Source: Bacillota bacterium
GTDB lineage: Bacteria; Bacillota; Desulfitobacteriia; Desulfitobacteriales; JAJXUE01
Assembly: GCA_021783135.1 (NCBI GenBank)
Contig: JAJXUE010000001.1
Location: 111,055 to 175,054 of the forward strand
Length of the DNA stretch: 64,000 bases
Reading direction: 5' to 3'
Both the position numbers and the translations under genes were made by a program. The first letter of the stretch is position 1, and each line of letters starts with the position of its first letter. Below are positions 28,659-37,122 of the stretch, one piece after another. A model generated the notes under the pieces. The model was given only the letters and a program-made list of their open reading frames with translations, searched no databases and was not told where the DNA came from.

Positions 28659-28787
28659 CTATTCGCCACAGTGAGTTGCTGGGGATACGGCTCCTTTCAT
28701 TTTGCAATCCTCGCAAACCATTACGCCGTGATCATCATATAAATCGTCTTGGTCAACTTCAGTACCACATTTTGCACAAACCGCCAT
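28659..28787 (-). CDS. 42-aa CxxC...CxxC zinc-ribbon-like mini-protein
   Basis: It is absent from the ORF track. ATG is preceded by AAGGGATGA. Translation is MAVCAKCGTEVDQDDLYDDHGVMVCEDCKMKGAVSPATHCGE. It runs in the same direction as the etf operon. Confidence 0.5.
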   Translation of the reverse strand: MAVCAKCGTEVDQDDLYDDHGVMVCEDCKMKGAVSPATHCGE

Positions 28788-28932
28788 TTTAATCATCCCT
28801 TCATTTGTTCTCATCTGACAGGTAGCTGTTTTAAGTTGATACTTTCTAATAATAAATATAACATAATTTCTGCTGAAAAAAAATACTACTTGCTGACGAA
28901 AAAGGTAAATTTGGTAGCCTATTGGTAACCCA

Positions 28933-28941
28933 TGGTATAAT
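28933..28941 (+). promoter_or_regulatory. Extended -10 promoter element (TGgTATAAT) upstream of the aminopeptidase gene
   Basis: Read directly. No good -35 element is seen. Confidence 0.45.
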
Positions 28942-28948
28942 CGTGGAC

Positions 28949-28985
28949 GTAGGCAGTAGAATGTAGGCAGTAGAATGTAGGCAGG
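28949..28985 (+). repeat. 2.6 tandem copies of a 14-bp unit GTAGGCAGTAGAAT in the aminopeptidase leader
   Basis: Read directly. The units are at 28949-62 and 28963-76, with a partial unit from 28977. Confidence 0.9.
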
Positions 28986-29004
28986 TATGATAGGAGGAGC
29001 ATGT

Positions 29005-30232
29005 ATGGAAAAACTGCTTGAGAAGTATGCAAAACTAATTGTAAAGACAGGGATTAACCTACAAAAGGATCAGACCCTGGTCGTGACCGCGCCCATCGAA
29101 GGTGCGGAGTTTACGCGCATGATCGCCGAGGTAGCATATAAGTCAGGGGCACATGATGTTGTCATCAACTGGGTAGATGAATTGTTTACAAAGCTGCGGT
29201 ATACAGGCGCCTGAAGAGGTCTTTGACGAGTTCCCGCAGTGGCGAAGAGAATTCTATTTGTCCTATGCGCGTAAAGGTGCCGCATTTCTAACTATAGCTG
29301 CAGAGGATCCCGAACTGATGCAAGAAGTTCAACCTGCACGAATTGTCCAGGCACACAAAGCCAGTAGCACAGCTTTGCAAGAATATAGAGAAAATCTGAT
29401 GAGTAATAGAAATGTGTGGTGCATTGTATCGATACCAACCTTAGCGTGGGCTAAGCAAGTGTTCCCACTAGAATCAGATCCTAACGCTGTAAACAAATTA
29501 TGGGAAGCAATATTTAAAACAGTGCGAGTAGATCGGAATGATCCTGTTGCAGCCTGGGAAAGCCATAAACAGTGCCTCAAAGCAAGAATGGACTTTTTGA
29601 ATATGCAGAAGCTGAAACTTCTCCACTTTAAAAATTCTCTGGGCACGGATTTGACCATTGAGCTGCCTGACAATCACATTTGGCTGGGGGGATCAGACTA
29701 TACACCGGATGGGGTGGAATTTATCGCCAATATGCCGACGGAAGAGGTATATACAGTACCTAAAAAAACCGGTGTAAACGGTGTTGTAGTGAGTTCAATG
29801 CCTTTAATCTATAATGGTAACTCCATCGAAGAGTTTTCCCTGACATTTAGAGACGGAAAAATTGTAAAATATACCGCTAAGAAGGGTTATGAAACCTTAA
29901 AGAGTATCATCGAAACGGATGAAGGCTCCTCTTATCTGGGGGAAGTTGCCCTGGTCCCCTATGATTCGCCTATTTCTAACGCCAATATTTTATTTTATAA
30001 TACACTGTTTGACGAAAATGCAGCGTGCCACCTGGCAATAGGTAAGGCTTACCCCGTATGCCTAAAAAATGGTGAAAATATGAGTAAATCGGATTTGGCC
30101 CAATTGGGCGTGAACGATTCGTTCGTGCATGAGGACTTTATGATTGGTACCTTCGATCTTGCAGTGACCGGAATTACTCTGGCGGGTGAGTCGGTAGCTA
30201 TCTTTAAGCAAGGTAACTTTGTTCAAAGCTAG
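29005..30232 (+). pseudogene. M29 (AmpS/PepS-type) aminopeptidase interrupted by a +1 frameshift near 29206
   Basis: Frame 0 reads MEKLLEKYAKLIVKTGINLQ...VINWVDELFTKLRYTGA and stops at 29212. Homology continues in frame +1 as QAPEEVFDEFPQW... through to the C-terminus. Deleting one G of ACAGGCG restores RYTAPEEV, which aligns with PepS FLHAPME. Confidence 0.8.
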
Positions 30233-30390
30233 ATAACTAAGCCACATTTGCTAATTTCGGGTAAATATGAAGATAAATGATTAAATATGCACTTTTTCGA
30301 TTGTTGACGACTGCTTTTTCCAGGAGTAAACTTTTAATCACATGCAAAATTTGTATAATACATACATTTGGTTAAGAGGCGAAACTGTAC

Positions 30391-32427
30391 ATGGTGGCGT
30401 TAAATGAGTATTTGTTTTTTGGCTGTGAGGGGCTGCTTTTATTAGGCGGCCTATTGTCTTTTGTCCTCCAAACTAAAGCTAAGCTGAGCATGGTTATCGC
30501 CTTTGCTGCTGCCAGCATTGCTTGCTTAGGTGGGCTTGGGCTCGGTCTTAATGTATTGTTAGCCGGTAATAACCTGAATTTGACGTTGCCATGGTCACTT
30601 GCAAGCAGTGCTATAACTTTTACTGTGGGGCCGTTAGAGGCCTTTTTTATCACAGTTTCGGCTTTAGTGTGTTTTGCCGTATCGATATATTCAGTCGGTT
30701 ATGTCCAATCGTATATAGGCAAACATAATGTTGGTGTTTTGGGTCTATTATACTGTTTATTCATTTTCGCGATAATTGGTCTGATCGCCAGTGGGTCGGC
30801 GGTGTTATTTCTGTTTTTATGGGAATTAATGTCCATAGTGTCCTACTTATTGGTCGTATATCATCATAGGGACAGTCAGGTAAGGCAAGCAGGGTTTACT
30901 TATGTGGTAATGACTCATATTGGTACGATGTTCATTGTCTTAGCCTTCTTATTGATGTACGTGTATGCGGGCAGCTTTAGCTTTGCTGGGTATATTTTGG
31001 TTGGGAGAAGTATGCCGGCAGCAGTAAAAAACATTATATTTTTGCTGGTGGCAATTGGTTTTGGCACTAAAGCAGGCATCATTCCTTTACATGTCTGGCT
31101 GCCAAAGGCACATCCGGCTGCTCCCAGCAATGTTTCAGCCATTATGTCCGGCGTGATGATTAAAACCGCAATTTTTGGCTTAATAAAATTTATCTTTGTA
31201 ATTTTGGGTAATGGTCCGGCTTGGTGGGGAATCTTGCTGCTCGTCATCGGCAGCGCGTCTGCCCTCTTAGGAGTTCTGTATTCACTGATGGAAACCGATA
31301 TCAAACGGTTTTTAGCGTATTGTAGCGTGGAAAATATGGGCGTTATCCTACTCGGTATGGGAGCTGCCATGGTTTTAGCCCGCAATGGTTTTGTTGCATT
31401 AGCAGCAGTTGCCTTGATGGCAAGTATGTTCCATGTCTTAAACCATGCTATTTTTAAGGGGTTATTGTTTCTTGGCGCCGGTTCCGTTAATTTTGCAACC
31501 GGAACCAGGAATATTGAAAAAATGGGGGGACTGTTGCGACGCATGCCGTGGACAGGCCTTTTCTTTTTGGTTGCATCGGTCTCCATAGCAGCTCTACCTC
31601 CTTTTAATGGCTTTATTAGTGAGTGGTTAACCTTTCAGTCATTGCTAGCCTTAGGCGCTAGTGGAGGAAATCTTTTTCTGGAAGTTTTGGGCCCATTAGC
31701 TGGGGCTGGGCTGGCCTTAACGAGTGCATTGAGTGCCGCCGGTTTCGTAAGGGCCTTTGGGATTCAGTTTTTAGCCCTGCCCAGGAGTTCCGGTGCCAAG
31801 AATGCCAAGGAGGTCCCAATAAGTATGCGCATAGGGATGGGCATACTGGCGGCTCTGTGTCCGTTGCTGGGTGTCGTTCCCTTTATTATTATCAAGCTAC
31901 TCGCCCCTGTTACAGCAGTTTTGCTGGGTGTACACACAGCACCGGTGTTAGGGAATTATTTTCGCTTAAGCATACCTTCCGGTGTTGGGCAACACACAGC
32001 TTTGTCCGCTTTGTTAGTGCCGAGCTTGTTAGGAATGGCCGGATTGGTAGCTTATTTAGTCGTTAAGTATATCGGTAAGGGCGGTTCGGTCAGGTATGCT
32101 GAAACGTGGAATTGCGGAACAACTCTTACCCCGCGGATGGAATATACGGGGACAGCCTTTGCCAAGCCTTTGCGAATGATTTTCCGACAAATCTTTTTAC
32201 CTGAACGAGAAGTAAAGACAGAATATACGGTTGAACCGTATTTTAAGGCCGAAATGAGTTATGAAGGTAAAATTAAGCCGGTTTTTGAAGATGTTCTCTA
32301 CCGACCCGTAACACGGTTGTTCGTTGTTGTCGCGAATAAGATTCGCGTGCTCCAATCAGGCAGCATTCATTTATATTTGCTATATATGTTTGCCACTCTG
32401 GTTTTACTGCTCATTTTTGCGAGATAG
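30391..32427 (+). CDS. hyfB: Group-4 [NiFe]-hydrogenase membrane subunit, HyfB/NuoL-like antiporter module
   Basis: 678 aa, polytopic, with the HVWLPKAHPAAPSNVSA motif. Confidence 0.85.
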   Translation: MVALNEYLFFGCEGLLLLGGLLSFVLQTKAKLSMVIAFAAASIACLGGLGLGLNVLLAGNNLNLTLPWSLASSAITFTVGPLEAFFITVSALVCFAVSIYSVGYVQSYIGKHNVGVLGLLYCLFIFAIIGLIASGSAVLFLFLWELMSIVSYLLVVYHHRDSQVRQAGFTYVVMTHIGTMFIVLAFLLMYVYAGSFSFAGYILVGRSMPAAVKNIIFLLVAIGFGTKAGIIPLHVWLPKAHPAAPSNVSAIMSGVMIKTAIFGLIKFIFVILGNGPAWWGILLLVIGSASALLGVLYSLMETDIKRFLAYCSVENMGVILLGMGAAMVLARNGFVALAAVALMASMFHVLNHAIFKGLLFLGAGSVNFATGTRNIEKMGGLLRRMPWTGLFFLVASVSIAALPPFNGFISEWLTFQSLLALGASGGNLFLEVLGPLAGAGLALTSALSAAGFVRAFGIQFLALPRSSGAKNAKEVPISMRIGMGILAALCPLLGVVPFIIIKLLAPVTAVLLGVHTAPVLGNYFRLSIPSGVGQHTALSALLVPSLLGMAGLVAYLVVKYIGKGGSVRYAETWNCGTTLTPRMEYTGTAFAKPLRMIFRQIFLPEREVKTEYTVEPYFKAEMSYEGKIKPVFEDVLYRPVTRLFVVVANKIRVLQSGSIHLYLLYMFATLVLLLIFAR

Positions 32428-32436
32428 GAGGGGCCA

Positions 32437-33378
32437 ATGATTAGAGTGTTGCTAATTAATTTTGTTCAAGCCGCATTGCTGGTGGTTATTGCTCCACTAG
32501 TTGCCGGCATAATCAAAAAGACTAAAGCGAGGCTGCAAATGCGTCGGGGGCCTTCGTTTTTCCAGCCCTATCTCGACCTGTATAAATATGGCCAAAAGGA
32601 ATCAGTAGTGTCAGAACATACCTCGTGGATATTTAAGTCTGCCCCTTATATCTATTTTGCGGCACTTCTAGTGGCAGCCTTGCTTGTACCGGTTATCTCA
32701 AGCGTCGGAAAGCTGAATTTTAGCGGTGATATTATTTTATTCATCTATTTGCTGGCCCTGGGTCGTTTCTTTTTAGCTTTAGCAGGACTTGATGCGGGCA
32801 GCGCCTTTGGCGGGATGGCCAGCAGTCGTGAAATGGCCATAGCAGCTGTTGCGGAACCGGCGGCCCTGCTACCGCTGTTTACCTTGGCTATTGCTACCGG
32901 TACGACCAATTTAACTGCAATAGTGTTTAAAAATGCCATGAGCGGACTAGTCCTGTTAAAGCCGGCGTATTTGTTGTCTTTTATCGCATTATTTATCGTG
33001 ACCATAGCGGAAACGGGCCGGATACCGGTGGATAATCCCGACACGCATTTGGAGTTGACCATGATGCATGAAGGTATGCTGCTGGAGTATTCAGGCAAAC
33101 CGCTGGCAGTATTAACTATGGGCGCAGATTTAAAACAGCTCTTGCTATTCACCCTAATTGCTAATTTGTTTTTTCCGTGGGGAATAGCGATAGGTTTTGG
33201 TGTGGGTCAAATCGTTGTTGGGCTCGTTGCATACCTGCTTAAAGTCTGTGCAATTGGGATTATCATCGCTTGCATCGAATCTTTGTTTGCCAAGATGCGC
33301 TTGTTTAAAGTGCCTGATCTGTTGCTGGGTTCATTCTTCCTGGGTCTTTTAGGCCTTATCGCTAAATTCATTTTTTAG
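32437..33378 (+). CDS. hyfC: Hydrogenase membrane subunit HyfC/HycD (NuoH-like)
   Basis: 313 aa, polytopic, with an ETGRIPVDNPDTHLELTMMHEGM region typical of HycD/NuoH. Confidence 0.85.
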   Translation: MIRVLLINFVQAALLVVIAPLVAGIIKKTKARLQMRRGPSFFQPYLDLYKYGQKESVVSEHTSWIFKSAPYIYFAALLVAALLVPVISSVGKLNFSGDIILFIYLLALGRFFLALAGLDAGSAFGGMASSREMAIAAVAEPAALLPLFTLAIATGTTNLTAIVFKNAMSGLVLLKPAYLLSFIALFIVTIAETGRIPVDNPDTHLELTMMHEGMLLEYSGKPLAVLTMGADLKQLLLFTLIANLFFPWGIAIGFGVGQIVVGLVAYLLKVCAIGIIIACIESLFAKMRLFKVPDLLLGSFFLGLLGLIAKFIF

Positions 33379-33389
33379 GAGTTGATTGT

Positions 33390-34040
33390 ATGTCTAGCAG
33401 CGAGTTGAGCAATCTCTTGATAACACTTACGCTGGCCAGTTCTTTTTTAATTATTATTGGGCGTAGGCTGGATAGTGTGATTAAAGCAGCAGTAGTACAG
33501 GGGATTGTACTGGCCATATTCACTGCGGTTAGGGGTTGGTCTACCGGCATGCATGAAATGTACGTTGCGGCAGTGTTAACGTTACTGGTCAAAGCTGGCT
33601 TAATACCGTATATTCTTAATCGCGTAGCGCGGCTTGTCGATACCGGTTGGGGCATTAAATCATATGTAAACACAAAAATGTCCTTGGTAATTTGTGTGGC
33701 CTTGGTGATAGTGGCCTATTCGGTGACAGGGGACATGCTTGCGTCCGGTTCAGCCGTCTTTGCCCGCGCTTTACCGGCGGCACTAGCGATGATGTTGATC
33801 GGATTATTTATTATGACCACCCGTAAGAGAGCAATTACCCAGGTTGTCGGTTTGTTGGTAATAGAAAACGGGGTTTTTATGGCGGGTGTGGGTGCGACCA
33901 ACGGTATGCCTGCGGTTATCGAACTGGGTGTTTTCTTAGATGCCTTGGCCGGTGTTTTCATTATGGCAATTTTGGCTTTTAGAATTAAGCGCGCCTTTGC
34001 CACTATCAATACGGAAAATCTACGAAGTTTGCGGGGATGA
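33390..34040 (+). CDS. hyfE: Hydrogenase membrane subunit HyfE-like
   Basis: 216 aa, polytopic. The LVIENGVFMAG motif and ENLRSLRG C-terminus parallel E. coli HyfE. Confidence 0.75.
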   Translation: MSSSELSNLLITLTLASSFLIIIGRRLDSVIKAAVVQGIVLAIFTAVRGWSTGMHEMYVAAVLTLLVKAGLIPYILNRVARLVDTGWGIKSYVNTKMSLVICVALVIVAYSVTGDMLASGSAVFARALPAALAMMLIGLFIMTTRKRAITQVVGLLVIENGVFMAGVGATNGMPAVIELGVFLDALAGVFIMAILAFRIKRAFATINTENLRSLRG

Positions 34041-35509
34041 TAATGATGCCGTTTTTTTTGCTCGGCCTACCGCTTGTTACCGCATTCCTGTGCATATTTG
34101 CCACCAAGCAAAAAACCCTAAGTGTCATCAATGTGCTTGGCGGAATTGCCATAGGAGTGACTGCCGTTTTATTGGATTGGCATGTTTTCACAAAGGGCAC
34201 CTTGGTGGAGCTGGATAAGTTTATCTATATCGATGCCCTGGGTGCATACATTATTGGTCTGATAGCGTTTGTTGGACTGGCAGCGGGCTTATATTCGCTG
34301 GGTTATTTTGCACATGAGCTTGAAGCAGGTGAACTGGCGGAAGCACGTTTAAAATGGTATTACGTATTGTTCTATGTGTTTGTGTTTACAATGTTGGCAG
34401 TTGTAGTTGTCAATAATCTCGGTATAATGTGGGTAGCAATTGAGGCGACTACTCTGTCGTCTGCTTTGTTAGTTGGGTACTTTGATACCAAAGCTTCTTT
34501 GGAAGCAGCTTGGAAGTATATTATCATTTGTACGGTCGGCATTGTTTTTGCTCTTTTTGGGACACTTCTGCTCTATTTTGCTGCAGTGCATGTATTAGGC
34601 GAGGGGAGCAAGGCGCTTGACTGGAGCACTTTGCTGCAGGTGGCGAGCAAGCTTAATCCGAAGTTGGTGAAGTTGGCGTTTATCTTTATTCTAGTTGGGT
34701 ACGGTACCAAAGTTGGACTCGCGCCGATGCACACATGGCTTCCGGACGCCCATAGCCAAGCCCCGTCTCCTGTTAGTGCACTCCTTTCCGGTGTATTGCT
34801 TAACTGTGCGCTGTATGGAATCTTGCGGGTACATCTAGTTGTGACGCAGACAGTTGGTCCCGGTTTTACTAACGCGCTATTGATTATTTTCGGGATGTTT
34901 TCGGTGGCGATCGCACTCCCATTTATTCTGGCACAGCATGATATTAAGCGACTGCTTGCCTATTCGAGTATTGAGCACATGGGCATTATTACGGTAGCGG
35001 TTGGCATTGGCGGTAAATTGGCCTTGTACGGTGCACTTTTGCACATGTTAAACCATGCCATAACTAAATCAGCCCTGTTTTTTTCTGCCGGCAATGCCAC
35101 GCAGCATTATCGCACTAAAAAAATAGCTAAAATTAAAGGCTTGATCAAAGCGATGCCGGTAACCGGCCCGGCACTACTCTTGGGAGCTTTCGCTATAGCA
35201 GGAGTTCCACCGTTTAATATATTCATCAGTGAATTTACAATTTTTAGTGCCGGGTTTGCCCAGGGAAAGTATTTTGTTACAGGCTTGTTGCTGGTCTTAG
35301 TTACGCTGGTGTTTGCCGGCATAATGTACGCCGTTGCCAAAATGGCCTTTGGCTCACCCCCCGGTAGAGTTGCGGTGGGGGAAACAAACAAATGGTCAGC
35401 AGTGATGGTGGTAATTCCGCTTTGCCTAGCACTGCTGCTCGGCGTTTACACCCCACCGGTAATTGGCAATGTGATATATCAAGTAGCAACCATGATGGGA
35501 GGAAGATAG
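34037..35509 (+). CDS. hyfF: Hydrogenase membrane subunit HyfF/NuoN-like antiporter module
   Basis: 490 aa with the HTWLPDAHSQAPSPVSA motif. It overlaps hyfE by 4 nt. Confidence 0.85.
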   Translation: MIMMPFFLLGLPLVTAFLCIFATKQKTLSVINVLGGIAIGVTAVLLDWHVFTKGTLVELDKFIYIDALGAYIIGLIAFVGLAAGLYSLGYFAHELEAGELAEARLKWYYVLFYVFVFTMLAVVVVNNLGIMWVAIEATTLSSALLVGYFDTKASLEAAWKYIIICTVGIVFALFGTLLLYFAAVHVLGEGSKALDWSTLLQVASKLNPKLVKLAFIFILVGYGTKVGLAPMHTWLPDAHSQAPSPVSALLSGVLLNCALYGILRVHLVVTQTVGPGFTNALLIIFGMFSVAIALPFILAQHDIKRLLAYSSIEHMGIITVAVGIGGKLALYGALLHMLNHAITKSALFFSAGNATQHYRTKKIAKIKGLIKAMPVTGPALLLGAFAIAGVPPFNIFISEFTIFSAGFAQGKYFVTGLLLVLVTLVFAGIMYAVAKMAFGSPPGRVAVGETNKWSAVMVVIPLCLALLLGVYTPPVIGNVIYQVATMMGGR

Positions 35510-35510
35510 G

Positions 35511-37109
35511 ATGACGCCGCAAGCTTACGACTTGAAGTGGGAAAAATTGTTGGCAATGATTCGGACTTCAATCGGCGTTGCAGTTACACCTTTGCCGTCC
35601 TATCCCGGTGAACTGCACTTGGCAATAGGGCGAGAGAATATACCACAGCTAGCCGGCAAGTTTGTCCACGCTTGGAGTTTTGAATTGGTGCAGTTATTAG
35701 CTAATGACGAAAGGGTAATCGATGGTGACTTTAAACTGTATTATACCTTTGCCGGTAAGGAAGATCAGTTGGTCATAGTGCAAACTTCTATAGCCGAGGA
35801 CGATTTGACATTTCCGTCTATTAGTGCCAGTATTCCCGCAGCTGACTGGTATGAACGGGAAGTACGGGACTTGTTTGGAATCGAACCGGTAAATCACCCG
35901 TCAGCCGAACGTTTGGCGGTACATGCAGATTGGCCGGAAAAGGTCTATGCAATGCGGCGCGATTTTAACTTAGATACAGTGGTGCCTCGGCTGGACCAAC
36001 AGTTTTCTTTTAAGCAGGTTAAGGGCGAAGGGGTAATGGAAATTCCGGTTGGGCCGATCCACGCCGGGATAATCGAACCCGGACATTTTCGCTTTAGTGC
36101 AGTAGGCGACAAAGTCATTAACTTAGAAGCCAGGTTATTTTACGCGCACCGCGGCATGGAGAAGCTTTGCGAGGGAAAAACGCCTGAACAGGGATTGTTA
36201 GTGGCGGAAAGAATTTGCGGCGCGTGTTCCTGTGCGCATAGCACGGCATACTGTCAGGCGGTGGAAAAGATTTCTCACACCTCTTTGCCGCCGCGTGCGG
36301 AATTCATTCGAACAATTGCGCTTGAACTGGAACGTCTATACAATCACGTTGGGGACGTGGGTAATATTTGTGCCGGGGTGGGCTTTGCTTTTGGCACCAT
36401 GTACGGGGCCAGGCTGAAGGAAAATATTTTGCGCCTGAATGAGCTGGTGTTCGGGAGCAGGTTCCTGCGTGGTATTAACATTCCGGGTGGGGTAAGACGG
36501 GATATTGATGCAGTAAATGCCTGTCGTATCAATGAAGCCCTAGAGGAAACTGCTCGGGAATTTAATGAATTTACGGCAATTCTCTTAAGTACAGAGTCAT
36601 TTTTAGACCGTGTTAAAAAAACAGGGATTTTAAGCAAACAAATTGCCGCTGATCTCCATGCTGTTGGTCCGGCCGCTAGAGCTTCAGGCATTAACCGCGA
36701 CAGTAGGCGCGATCACCCATATGCAGCGTACCGATTGGTGTCCTTCCGAGTGCCTGTTTATAAGCAGGGAGATGTTCTAGACAGGGTTAACCTGCGTATC
36801 GATGAGAGCGCAGAATCAATTGGTATAATTAAGCAGGCACTGAGGCAGCTTCCGGCTGGGGAGTTAAGAACTCCGTTGAACGATTTAGCGCCCTTTAGCT
36901 ATGCGCTAGGGGTTACGGAATCGCCTCGTGGTGAAAATGTCCACTTTGTAATGAGTGGTTCTGATAATACCATATTGCGGCATATGGTCAGGTCAGCTTC
37001 CTACTGTAACTGGCAGGTGCTTCCGAGCACAGTGCCAGGCAATATAGTGCCTGACTTTCCTTTGATTAATAAAAGTTTTGAACTTTGCTATGCTTGCCTG
37101 GACAGATAG
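35511..37109 (+). CDS. hyfG: Group-4 [NiFe]-hydrogenase large subunit (fused NuoC-NuoD-like, HycE/HyfG type)
   Basis: N-terminal Ni-Fe ligand motif RICGACSCAH and C-terminal ligand motif ELCYACLDR. The ORF stops directly after that Arg. Confidence 0.88.
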   Translation: MTPQAYDLKWEKLLAMIRTSIGVAVTPLPSYPGELHLAIGRENIPQLAGKFVHAWSFELVQLLANDERVIDGDFKLYYTFAGKEDQLVIVQTSIAEDDLTFPSISASIPAADWYEREVRDLFGIEPVNHPSAERLAVHADWPEKVYAMRRDFNLDTVVPRLDQQFSFKQVKGEGVMEIPVGPIHAGIIEPGHFRFSAVGDKVINLEARLFYAHRGMEKLCEGKTPEQGLLVAERICGACSCAHSTAYCQAVEKISHTSLPPRAEFIRTIALELERLYNHVGDVGNICAGVGFAFGTMYGARLKENILRLNELVFGSRFLRGINIPGGVRRDIDAVNACRINEALEETAREFNEFTAILLSTESFLDRVKKTGILSKQIAADLHAVGPAARASGINRDSRRDHPYAAYRLVSFRVPVYKQGDVLDRVNLRIDESAESIGIIKQALRQLPAGELRTPLNDLAPFSYALGVTESPRGENVHFVMSGSDNTILRHMVRSASYCNWQVLPSTVPGNIVPDFPLINKSFELCYACLDR

Positions 37110-37122
37110 GAGGGGGTAAAGT

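Noticed and set aside
29212-29214. TGA in the aminopeptidase as selenocysteine or programmed read-through.
   Set aside because: Reading through in frame 0 hits another TGA three codons later (TGA AGA GGT CTT TGA), while homology continues in the +1 frame. A 1-nt indel explains the data.
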